Origin: an uncultured virus (IMG/VR IMGVR_UViG_3300000115_000013) | Taxonomy: Duplodnaviria > Heunggongvirae > Uroviricota > Caudoviricetes | DNA: 20,000 nucleotides | IMG/VR virus record: IMGVR_UViG_3300000115_000013 | Span: 54,076-74,075 of that record | Strand: one strand, 5' to 3' | Part shown: piece after piece, positions 1 to 8,030 of the stretch | Position numbering within the stretch: the first letter of the stretch is position 1 | Layout: the number at the start of each line of letters is the position of its first letter | Notes under the pieces: model-generated | What the model was told of the DNA's origin: nothing | The model's input: only the letters and a program-made list of their open reading frames with translations | Database searches by the model: none | Position numbers and translations under genes: made by a program

Positions 1-857
1 AATGCACCAGCACAGATTACAGGACTTATACTAGTGGTGAAAATAAATCCACTTGCTACACTACGTATCGCATCTATAGCAACACCGTCTCCTGCAATAT
101 AACCGCCTTGGCAACCAAATGCTTTTCCTAATGTTCCATTAACAAAATCAACTCTGTCTTGTAGTCCTAGTTTTTCTAGATATCCTGCACCTTGTGCTCC
201 GTATAAACCTACAGCATGCACTTCGTCAATATATGTTATTGCATTGTATTTGTCTGCTAAATCTAAAATAGCTTCAATTTCACTTACATACCCATCCATA
301 CTATACACACTTTCAAATACAATGCAAGGGGTACCTTTTATTGATTTTAAAATATCCTCTAATTCCTGTATATTATTATGTTGGAAAATATGTTTTGGGG
401 AACCACTATGTCTTATACCAGCTATTAAACTAGCGTGATTTTTACTATCACTTATAAACTCAATATTTTCTACAATTTTACTAAGTGCTATTAGGCTCCA
501 TTCATTTGCGACATATGCACTAGTATACAGTAATGCACTGTTCTTTTTATGTAGACTAGCAATTTCATGTTCAAGTGCAACATGATAATGTGTGGTACCG
601 CTTATATTACGTGTGCCGCCACTTCCAGCACCTGTTTGACTAAGAGCTGTATGCATCGCATCACTTACTACTTTATGTTGTCCCATACCTAAATAATCAT
701 TACTACACCAGTTTACAATATTTTTAATATTATATGGTCCATACCAAATAGCATTAGGATAATCACCACTTTCTCTTAATATGTCATTAAAAATGCGATA
801 ATTTCCAGACTGCTTTAGTTGATCAATTTTATTTTGGAAGGTTTTTATGGGTATCAT
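1..857 (-). CDS. hemA: 5-aminolevulinate synthase (PLP-dependent, C4/Shemin pathway); 3' end beyond the window
   Basis: Translated by hand from ATG at 857, open to position 1 (285 codons): [23 protein letters not shown]...[10 protein letters not shown]...[13 protein letters not shown]...[14 protein letters not shown]...FESVYSMDG...[10 protein letters not shown]...GTLGKAFG (PLP Lys)...[14 protein letters not shown] and GGTRNISGT are ALAS signatures, distinct from BioF/KBL. Not in the ORF track. Confidence 0.95.
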   Translation of the reverse strand, partial: MIPIKTFQNKIDQLKQSGNYRIFNDILRESGDYPNAIWYGPYNIKNIVNWCSNDYLGMGQHKVVSDAMHTALSQTGAGSGGTRNISGTTHYHVALEHEIASLHKKNSALLYTSAYVANEWSLIALSKIVENIEFISDSKNHASLIAGIRHSGSPKHIFQHNNIQELEDILKSIKGTPCIVFESVYSMDGYVSEIEAILDLADKYNAITYIDEVHAVGLYGAQGAGYLEKLGLQDRVDFVNGTLGKAFGCQGGYIAGDGVAIDAIRSVASGFIFTTSISPVICAGA

Positions 858-878
858 TTAGCACCGTTTCTTTTGTTA

Positions 879-885
879 TATTTAG
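879..885 (-). promoter_or_regulatory. Possible T4-like late promoter variant (CTAAATA) upstream of hemA
   Basis: Minus strand reads AAAACTAAATATAACAAAAG about 21 nt before the hemA ATG. A short motif in AT-rich DNA, so weak. Confidence 0.3.
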
Positions 886-891
886 TTTTAA

Positions 892-932
892 TTGACTTGG
901 CCTGATTTTATGTTATAATATGGTAAAAGGAG
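892..932 (+). promoter_or_regulatory. sigma70-type promoter and RBS for the hldD operon
   Basis: TTGACT (892-897), 16-nt spacer ending TGT (extended -10), TATAAT (914-919), AAGGAG (927-932), ATG at 940. Confidence 0.75.
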
Positions 933-939
933 TTCTAAT

Positions 940-1836
940 ATGCATATTGTTACAGGTGCCAGTGGATTTATTGGTAGTAATATGGTACAACATTTAAACC
1001 GTATGGGACATAATGATATTTTATGTGTTGATACATTAAACAGTGAAAAAGTAAAAAATCTCCAAGGGCTCCAGTTCATTGATTTTATAAGTCCTAGTGA
1101 ATTATTAACACAACAATTGGATGATTGTACATTGTGGCATTTAGGTGCTAATAGTAAAACTAGCAGTGACGACTGGGAAAGCATTTACAATTCCAATGTG
1201 GTATATACTAGAAAGCTATTGAGTAAATTTAATGATGTAGTTTTTGCTAGTAGTGCTAGTGTGTATGGAGACAATACTGATACTTCAGAGCATCCTAATA
1301 ATGAATCACCTAAAAATATGTATGCTGCTACTAAAATGATGTGTGATAATATGATCCGTTCCTCACAAAAAGGAAAGCGTCAGAGTTGGAGATTCTTTAA
1401 TGTTTATGGTGACAGAGAATCACATAAAATTAAAGTTCAACAAGCTAGTCCATACACTAACTTTACACATCAAGCAAAAACTACAGGAGTTATTAAACTA
1501 TTTACTAATAGTAAAGATGTATTTCGCGACTTCATCTGTATTGACGATGTAGTGAGTATAATGTATGATGTGCATGAACGCACAGATAATAACTTTATTA
1601 GTAATTTAGGAACTGGGAAAGTGTTTAGTTTTCAGCAATGGGGAGAGTTATTGGCTAATAAGTATAATGCAGAAATAGAATATATCGAAATGCCAGACAG
1701 CCTTAAAAATATATATCAAATGTATACATGTAGTGATAATGAAAAACTAGGACATTTGCTAGATTATATTTGGGAGGATTTACGAGTACCATATCAGTTT
1801 TTAACACCAGAAGAATATATCGAGGATAATTTATGA
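940..1836 (+). CDS. hldD: ADP-L-glycero-D-manno-heptose 6-epimerase (extended SDR)
   Basis: IVTGASGFIGSN (GxxGxxG), HLGANSKT, FASSASVYG, YAATK (YxxxK), RFFNVYG, RDFICIDDV, NLGTG, YQMYT; coupled to hldE by an ATGA overlap. Confidence 0.85.
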   Translation: MHIVTGASGFIGSNMVQHLNRMGHNDILCVDTLNSEKVKNLQGLQFIDFISPSELLTQQLDDCTLWHLGANSKTSSDDWESIYNSNVVYTRKLLSKFNDVVFASSASVYGDNTDTSEHPNNESPKNMYAATKMMCDNMIRSSQKGKRQSWRFFNVYGDRESHKIKVQQASPYTNFTHQAKTTGVIKLFTNSKDVFRDFICIDDVVSIMYDVHERTDNNFISNLGTGKVFSFQQWGELLANKYNAEIEYIEMPDSLKNIYQMYTCSDNEKLGHLLDYIWEDLRVPYQFLTPEEYIEDNL

Positions 1837-2984
1837 AAGTATTAGTGTTTGGCGATGTAATCGTCGACAAATATATCTATGGTACTAGTACAAGAATTAG
1901 TCCAGAAGCACCTGTGCCTGTTGTGACTTTTCAAGAAGAAAAAGAATCACTAGGCGGTGCAGGACTTGTGTATGAAAACCTAAAAAGTCTAGGCGTAGAT
2001 GCAACACTACTTCAAACAGAACAGCCACGTAGTGTTAAGACTAGAATAATATGTGACGGGCATTATATTACACGTATAGATGATGATAAAGATGCAGATT
2101 CAAATGCAGTATTAGCAAATGTATTGCGTAGTGACTTCTCTCAATGGGATTATGTTATACTAAGTGATTACGACAAAGGTGTATTAGACAATGCAAAACA
2201 AATTATTGCACATATAAACAGCCAAGGTCCTAAAGTAATTGTAGATCCAAAACGATATGCACACGACTATGAAGGCGCTTGGTTAGTAAAGCCTAACAAC
2301 AGCGAATATACTAAGTTTGAATTTGACGAATGGCAGGGTAATATTATCACCACAGACGCAGGTCACAGCGTGAGTGCTACAATAGAAAATATCGAATATA
2401 CTATTCCTGTAGAACAAGTCGAAGTATCAGATGTTACTGGCGCTGGAGATTGTTTTCTAGCTGCGTTTGTGTATGCACTTACTAAAGGTTACAGTCATAA
2501 AAAATGTTTAGAGATAGCTGTTAGTGCAAGTACACAAAGTGTTAAGCACACTGGTACATATGTTTTAACTAAACAGGATGTAGAACGTACTAAAGTGTTT
2601 ACCAATGGTTGCTTTGACATTGTACATCGAGGACATATTGAAATGCTCAAGGCTAGTAAACAATTGGGAGACTGGCTAGTAGTAGGGGTTAATACAGATC
2701 AAAGTGTTCGTCGTCTTAAAGGTGAATCTAGACCTGTTAATAATGAAAGTGACAGAAAAGTTCTGCTGGAAAGTTTAGACTTTGTTGATGAAGTAATACT
2801 GTTTGACGAGGATACGCCACTGGAATTAATACAACGTGTACAGCCAGACATAATTACCAAAGGCGGCGACTATACAGTAGACACAGTTGTAGGTAACCAA
2901 CTTGCAAAAATTGTGATACTACCAACTGTGGATGATTATAGCACAACAAATACAATACAAAGGATTAATAATGACACAACTTAA
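1833..2984 (+). CDS. hldE: Bifunctional heptose-7-phosphate kinase / heptose-1-phosphate adenylyltransferase (compact, 383 aa)
   Basis: PfkB kinase part: GDVIVDKY, RISPEAPVPVV, GGAG, LSDYDKG, VDPK, KPN, DVTGAGD. Nucleotidyltransferase part: FTNGCFDIVHRGH, VGVNTDQSVRRLKGESRP, FDEDTP, KGGDY, STT. Confidence 0.93.
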   Translation: MKVLVFGDVIVDKYIYGTSTRISPEAPVPVVTFQEEKESLGGAGLVYENLKSLGVDATLLQTEQPRSVKTRIICDGHYITRIDDDKDADSNAVLANVLRSDFSQWDYVILSDYDKGVLDNAKQIIAHINSQGPKVIVDPKRYAHDYEGAWLVKPNNSEYTKFEFDEWQGNIITTDAGHSVSATIENIEYTIPVEQVEVSDVTGAGDCFLAAFVYALTKGYSHKKCLEIAVSASTQSVKHTGTYVLTKQDVERTKVFTNGCFDIVHRGHIEMLKASKQLGDWLVVGVNTDQSVRRLKGESRPVNNESDRKVLLESLDFVDEVILFDEDTPLELIQRVQPDIITKGGDYTVDTVVGNQLAKIVILPTVDDYSTTNTIQRINNDTT

Positions 2985-3336
2985 AGGCCAGCAAGATAAA
3001 GGATGGGGTCGAGAATTAATTTTTGCCACTAATGACAAATACTGTGGCAAAATAATGTTCTTTGACAAAAAGGGTGCTAAGTTTAGTATGCATTTTCATA
3101 AAGAAAAAGACGAAAGTTGGTATGTACTTAATGGTAGTTTTACGCTACATATTATAGATACTGATACTGCTGAAATGGAAACACATGTTTTAACAAAGGG
3201 AGAAACATGGCGTAACGAACCACTATTACCGCATCAGTTAATTGCAATGCAAGATAATAGTATTATTATTGAAGTTAGTACTCCAGATAGCGTAGAAGAC
3301 AACTATCGAATTATCAAAGGTGATAGTCAAACATGA
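2971..3336 (+). CDS. Cupin-domain protein (sugar/sugar-phosphate isomerase-like)
   Basis: KGWGRE...YCGK...FSMHFHKEKDESWYV...PHQL...EVSTPDSVEDNYRI..GDSQ with HxH-E-H metal ligands. ATG 2971 (AAGGA upstream, overlapping the hldE end) preferred over 2932. Confidence 0.75.
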   Translation: MTQLKGQQDKGWGRELIFATNDKYCGKIMFFDKKGAKFSMHFHKEKDESWYVLNGSFTLHIIDTDTAEMETHVLTKGETWRNEPLLPHQLIAMQDNSIIIEVSTPDSVEDNYRIIKGDSQT

Positions 3337-4067
3337 GTAAGCTATGGACGTTTGGGGATAGTTTTGTTTCTCCAGTGAATAGATGTTATGATACAGAGCA
3401 TTATCCAGAGTGGCATTGGGTTTATCAGCTTGGAAAAAAACTTGGGGTGTCAGGATTGTCTGGTGCTGCATTACCAGGGGTAAGTAATGAATGGATTTCA
3501 CATCAGATAATGCAAAACATTAATAATATTAATAAGGATGATTTTATTGTTATTGTTACAACTGGTATGCATAGACGCTGGTTTATTAAAGATAAACCAA
3601 CGTTATCCAATTTATATATTGTTAACTTACATGAACATATGCCGCGAGATTCTTATCGTGCAATTGATCTTTACAAGCAAGAATTTAATGAACAGCATGA
3701 GTTTTTAAGTAAAATTTATTACGAACAATTTTTAACATGGATACGCTCAGTATTAGAACCTTACCAATATTGTTTAATACCAGGATTTGATGCTACAACA
3801 TTGCATCATACTTCAAATGACATACCATTGGTAAAAGCTGATGAAGGCGAGTTTATTGATGGTTATGATAGAAAATTATTTGCAACATGGGAAGGTTGGG
3901 ATAGGAGACTAAGTCATTTAAGTGAATGCAATCACGATGTATTGTCAGATAAAATTACTAGATTTTTCAATACTAATGAACTAATAGATCTTAGCACTGA
4001 ATTTAAGAAAAATTTATTTACTTGTAAGCAAGATTGTTTGGACTACAATTTAGATATCTCAATTTAA
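3333..4067 (+). CDS. Hypothetical protein, SGNH/GDSL-like N-terminus
   Basis: 244-aa ORF, ATGA overlap with the cupin; LWTFGDSF (GDS block), GVSN, and C-terminal SHLSECNH. Confidence 0.55.
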   Translation: MSKLWTFGDSFVSPVNRCYDTEHYPEWHWVYQLGKKLGVSGLSGAALPGVSNEWISHQIMQNINNINKDDFIVIVTTGMHRRWFIKDKPTLSNLYIVNLHEHMPRDSYRAIDLYKQEFNEQHEFLSKIYYEQFLTWIRSVLEPYQYCLIPGFDATTLHHTSNDIPLVKADEGEFIDGYDRKLFATWEGWDRRLSHLSECNHDVLSDKITRFFNTNELIDLSTEFKKNLFTCKQDCLDYNLDISI

Positions 4068-4935
4068 TTACACGATAGAATCATAAGGAAACTTTCCTTC
4101 ATATTTGCTACATCTAGGTTGTGCAGTACATTCTCTACAATGCGGTAATCTAATGTTTACACCATCTTTTGTAGTGTTGTTTCCGTCATATGCATATCCA
4201 TTTGCATCCCATTGCATGTTATTTACTTTGTGCATATGACCAACAGTCTTTACACTGTCCACAACTTTTTGATCAACTTCAGGATGGCAATTTTTATGCC
4301 AGTAACTTATTACACTTGGTATCTTCTTGCTGTCGTATTTGCCTTCTGGAGTAGTGCCAAAGAAAATAAAATTTTCACATGCACCACCATCTATCCATGC
4401 TTTACCATTCTTTTCATTAAAGTGAATAGCACTAGCTGGGCAAGCATTTATACAATCATAACAATCTGTACATTTCTTCCACATATTGTATTGAATTTTT
4501 TTACCCTTATCAGGTATATTTGTAATTTCTGTTTTGAACCCTACCATTGCAAAATGACAATCAAAACCAAATTTGTAACTGTATACTAATGTATTTCTTG
4601 CCCTTACTCCAAGTCCGCTTAGTATAGCCGCTTCTTTATAGTTTGTATACATTGGGTACCAACTCATAATTTTGCTTTTTTTAATTGTGTTTATAATTTC
4701 GTCGTAAAAACTATAGTCCCAACTTTCTCCAAATTTGCACATAACAATGCCATGTGTAATATCAGGAAAATGAATACCGTTTGTGAAGTCTCTGCCAAAT
4801 ATATGGTACTTGCCTTTTACTGGTGAACTACTAGCTTGAAACGTATCTTCACGTGAAAGATATGCCATATCCCAAGTATCATCGAATAAACTTTTGAATT
4901 CTTCAAAGTCAACTGGCATATTTAGATATCTCAAT
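4048..4935. repeat. 16-bp exact direct repeat ATTTAGATATCTCAAT at 4048-4063 and 4920-4935
   Basis: Read directly; flanking bases differ. The copies bracket the 4068-4919 gene. Confidence 0.9.
4068..4919 (-). CDS. QueG/reductive-dehalogenase-like 4Fe-4S protein
   Basis: EAAILSGLGVRARNTLV...FG resembles the AAxxAGLGxxGKNxL segment of QueG/RdhA; CTDCYDCINACPASAI (CxxCxxCxxxCP), a lone Cys in IDGGAC, and C-terminal CRECTAQPRC. Start ATG 4919 (MPVDF) preferred over 4934. Substrate unknown. Confidence 0.65.
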   Translation of the reverse strand: MPVDFEEFKSLFDDTWDMAYLSREDTFQASSSPVKGKYHIFGRDFTNGIHFPDITHGIVMCKFGESWDYSFYDEIINTIKKSKIMSWYPMYTNYKEAAILSGLGVRARNTLVYSYKFGFDCHFAMVGFKTEITNIPDKGKKIQYNMWKKCTDCYDCINACPASAIHFNEKNGKAWIDGGACENFIFFGTTPEGKYDSKKIPSVISYWHKNCHPEVDQKVVDSVKTVGHMHKVNNMQWDANGYAYDGNNTTKDGVNIRLPHCRECTAQPRCSKYEGKFPYDSIV

Positions 4936-5559
4936 ATAGTATACAGTATCTTTGTGTTCTATACTGTTACTAAAATTAGTTATATGTAGATTATTATTTG
5001 CTAACATATCACTAAATGTGTCTGGATTGCTTCCTGTTACATTTTCCATAAGCATTATTTTACCATCATCTGTTAAATAATCATTGACGGTATCAAAAAA
5101 GTCTTGATGTATTTTCCAATCTAAATCCTGCATTTTTCTCGGTTCATGTTCAGCTACTGTCAAGTCATCTCGCCAGGGTGGCACAGTAAAATTAAAATGA
5201 GGAGGATTTGCTATTATAAGATCAAACTTTTGCTTAGGTATGCGTTTAAAATTATCAGACAGATAAAATTTGCAAGGTAAGTTATTTTGTTTAATTGTTT
5301 TTGTTATTACTTGTTGTGCATCTCTACTGATATCACTAAAACTAATGTGTGTTGTTAATCCAGTTTGTAATGCAGCTAATCCAAAGTAGCCTGGTCCACA
5401 GCACCATTCTAACGCATTATAAAATTGTCGTCCTTGCGAAAAATGATGAAAGCAACTATTTGCATCCTGTACTGTTAAGTATCCATATCCATCAGTATCA
5501 TCGCTGCTGAATACAGTATAATTCCCTATATTAACTGAGGTTGTCGAGTTCAAAGTCAA
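4909..5559 (-). CDS. Class I SAM-dependent methyltransferase (HemK/MTS-like amino-methyltransferase)
   Basis: Motif I LEWCCGPGYFG, acidic SFSDIS, motif IV FDLIIANPPHF. Start uncertain: TTG 5559 lies 9 nt after AAGAAGG; the frame is open to 5613. Confidence 0.75.
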   Translation of the reverse strand: MTLNSTTSVNIGNYTVFSSDDTDGYGYLTVQDANSCFHHFSQGRQFYNALEWCCGPGYFGLAALQTGLTTHISFSDISRDAQQVITKTIKQNNLPCKFYLSDNFKRIPKQKFDLIIANPPHFNFTVPPWRDDLTVAEHEPRKMQDLDWKIHQDFFDTVNDYLTDDGKIMLMENVTGSNPDTFSDMLANNNLHITNFSNSIEHKDTVYYIEISKYAS

Positions 5560-6070
5560 ACACAAATACCTTCTTATTTGTAGTGCATGGATACGCACCA
5601 TGCCAAACATCACCGTCTAAGACAATTAGTGTTCCAGGCAATTGTTCAATTGTTTTAACATTTATAGATCCGTCTGGTTCTGGCAGTATAAAATAAAATA
5701 TTCCTGATCCGACTTCGCCCTCTACACACAGAACTACTGACACCGACTTGCCTGCCGGACCATGGTTATGTATTGCTTGCCAACCATTCTCCATATATTC
5801 AATATTCCAAGCTCGCAATCTTTCTCCTAATTTAAATGGAGCACTATGTGTAGATAAATGGGTGTTTACATAATCTCTAATATCATTAGTTAGTTCTATA
5901 CCTTCATCATCTTCAAAATAGGTTTGCTGTGCAACATTACTAGCAACTAGGTCCGCTTCAACAGACCTAGTTGCTTGATTCCAATTTTCTAGTGTGGTTT
6001 GCCACTGTGGATATGTGGTTTCGATTGCCCATTTTGTATTATAAAAGGATGACCAAAAATTATTGCTCAT
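5531..6070 (-). CDS. Putative 2OG-Fe(II) oxygenase-like (DSBH) protein
   Basis: WNIEYMENGWQAIHNH...SVVL...GIFYF...PGTLIVLDGDVWHGAYP...KKVFVFDF matches the W...HxH...S...G...H.V.P...R..F pattern common in phage oxygenases. Confidence 0.6.
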   Translation of the reverse strand: MSNNFWSSFYNTKWAIETTYPQWQTTLENWNQATRSVEADLVASNVAQQTYFEDDEGIELTNDIRDYVNTHLSTHSAPFKLGERLRAWNIEYMENGWQAIHNHGPAGKSVSVVLCVEGEVGSGIFYFILPEPDGSINVKTIEQLPGTLIVLDGDVWHGAYPCTTNKKVFVFDFELDNLS

Positions 6071-6169
6071 TTATAACCCCACAGTACTATTCATAAAATT
6101 GCCTACTATATCGTGTATAATATTGTTAGATAATTGTATTATCTTTAGTTGATCTAGTGTTATTGACAT
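6071..6169 (-). CDS. Unannotated 32-aa small ORF MSITLDQLKIIQLSNNIIHDIVGNFMNSTVGL
   Basis: ATG at 6169 directly follows the carbamoyltransferase TAA (6172-6170); its TAA (6073-6071) directly precedes the next ATG (6070). It fills the 99-nt gap exactly. Confidence 0.55.
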   Translation of the reverse strand: MSITLDQLKIIQLSNNIIHDIVGNFMNSTVGL

Positions 6170-8014
6170 TTAGACTGGTGTCCAATTTCCTTTAAAGATT
6201 AATTTTCCAAACTCTGGCAAATACAAGTACTCAACATCACTATTAGATACAGTTTTCAATGCATCTTCTAATGTTTCAACTAATGGTTCTCCACCTAGAT
6301 TGAAACTAGTGTTAAAGATAATAGGACACCCTGTTTTTTCTTTAAACGCNTTAATAATATCATAGTAATGCGGATTTTGATCCCTGTTAACTGTTTGAAT
6401 ACGACAAGTGCCATCTATGTGAATAATAGCTGGAATCTTTTCTTCAATACCGGGCTGACAATTTACAGCATACATCATAGTTGGAGAACTTTCCATACCA
6501 CGCAAATCAAACCATTCATGCACGTCTTCTTCTAAGATACTACCTGCAAATGGACGGAAATATTCTCTGTGTTTTACACTGTTTACAAAATCTTTTCCAT
6601 CTGGATCTGTGGGATCATACATTAAACTTCTGTTACCTAATGCACGTGGTCCATTTTCACTACGTCCTTGAAACAATGATACAATATTTTTACTAGTTAT
6701 AAGTTCCACTATGTCATCATGTGTAGCATCACTAGTTGTACAATCATATTTTTCTGCTAATGTTTCAATATATTGTTGAGTATAATCATATTTTGGTCCC
6801 AAATAAATCTCTGGGTTATGTTTCTCTTCTGATCGAGACATTTCATAATACCCCCAAAGTGCTGCGCCAATCGCAGTACCACCATCATTACTGCATGGCT
6901 CTACATATAAATTAATACCTTCTTCACTCAATTTATCCAAATAGTGATAATTTGCAACACAGTTTAGTCCATATCCACCACTAAGAACAACGTTCTTTTG
7001 TCCAGAAAATTCTACTGCACTTTTAATTAAATTTAAAACTTGTTCTTGTGTTTCTGTTTGTATAGCATATGATAAGTCTTTTCGGTTTTGTAGATCTGGA
7101 TATTTTTCATGTTCCCCTGGGGTAAATGCAAGCTCTGAATAAGCTGGATAATTTACATATGCAGCATTAGGATAGGTTGGAATAATTAAATTTCTATTTA
7201 CAGTTGGAATAGTAGTATCTGTAGAAAAGATAGAAGGTATATTGTCATTAGGTTTGCCATAGGGAAATAATCCCATAGTCTTACCAGCTTCAATTGCTTG
7301 AAATCCATTATAGATAGTAGCTGCTTCATATGCTTTAACAATGCCAGCATTTGGAGATAATACTGCTATGTGTTTTCCATCTTCACTTATACTATCACTA
7401 GGACATTGGTATTCTATCTGATGTGGCATAGGTTCTCTTGTACCAAAATGTTTATAATAAGTTTTAAATTCTGCTGGATATTTAACACCAATAATACTTT
7501 CAACTTCCCAAGCAACAATGGATTCATCTGGTTGGAAGGGTAAACTGCACCTTACATTTGCAGCTGATCCTGCACCATCTACAACAACTGCCACAGCTTC
7601 GTCAAATCCACTTCTATAAAAAGCACAAGCTGCATGAACTTTGTGGTGTTGACTTGCTAAATCAATTACTTGTGGACTTAGAGGTTCTTCTGGGGTTGGT
7701 ATATGAAAATCAATAAGTCCAAGTTTACGTGCCATTCCAGAGTAAATATCATCACTCATATACTCAATACACAAGTCTCCGGCGGCACCAAGTGTTGTTG
7801 TATGTGATACGAACATATAATCAATTTTATCAGTATAATCAAGAACTTTAACCATTCCAGCAAGCGGCGAGCCGTCATATTTTGCTCTGCTAAGACGCTC
7901 TTCTTCAACTGAAAATACTACTTCACCATCCTTTAGTAGACATACGCCTGCGTTATGACCTCTACTAATACCTAAAATGTACCCAGTATTATTAACTCTA
8001 TTTAATTTTTTCAT
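6170..8014 (-). CDS. Carbamoyltransferase, NodU/CmcH/TobZ family
   Basis: GISRGHNAG...EEERLSRAKYD, HHKVHA (HHxxH), VVDGAG, AGKTMGL, LSGGYGLNCVAN, NDGGTAIGAA, GRSENGPRALGNRS, KHREYFRPFAG, HIDGTCRIQTV, NTSFNLGGEP; GGAG RBS upstream. Confidence 0.95.
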   Translation of the reverse strand: MKKLNRVNNTGYILGISRGHNAGVCLLKDGEVVFSVEEERLSRAKYDGSPLAGMVKVLDYTDKIDYMFVSHTTTLGAAGDLCIEYMSDDIYSGMARKLGLIDFHIPTPEEPLSPQVIDLASQHHKVHAACAFYRSGFDEAVAVVVDGAGSAANVRCSLPFQPDESIVAWEVESIIGVKYPAEFKTYYKHFGTREPMPHQIEYQCPSDSISEDGKHIAVLSPNAGIVKAYEAATIYNGFQAIEAGKTMGLFPYGKPNDNIPSIFSTDTTIPTVNRNLIIPTYPNAAYVNYPAYSELAFTPGEHEKYPDLQNRKDLSYAIQTETQEQVLNLIKSAVEFSGQKNVVLSGGYGLNCVANYHYLDKLSEEGINLYVEPCSNDGGTAIGAALWGYYEMSRSEEKHNPEIYLGPKYDYTQQYIETLAEKYDCTTSDATHDDIVELITSKNIVSLFQGRSENGPRALGNRSLMYDPTDPDGKDFVNSVKHREYFRPFAGSILEEDVHEWFDLRGMESSPTMMYAVNCQPGIEEKIPAIIHIDGTCRIQTVNRDQNPHYYDIIXAFKEKTGCPIIFNTSFNLGGEPLVETLEDALKTVSNSDVEYLYLPEFGKLIFKGNWTPV

Positions 8015-8030
8015 ATTTGTGTTAACTCCA

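Noticed and set aside
244..438. 64-aa + strand ORF (and 888-1184 on -)
   Set aside because: Antisense shadows of hemA and hldD, which carry clear family motifs.
4064..4070. Bidirectional terminator between the convergent operons
   Set aside because: The stop codons abut directly (TAA|TTA) with no GC-rich stem or U-tract visible.
6099..6121. + strand TTGCCT...TATAAT antisense promoter
   Set aside because: Spacer is only 11 nt, too short for sigma70.
6070..6172. Stop-codon reassignment fusing three in-frame ORFs
   Set aside because: Both stops are TAA, which ends most genes here, and each is followed by ATG; the standard code gives dense, full-length genes.
6350..6350. Ambiguous base N in the carbamoyltransferase
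   Set aside because: Codon is AAN (Lys or Asn); the frame is intact, so not a pseudogene or recoding signal.
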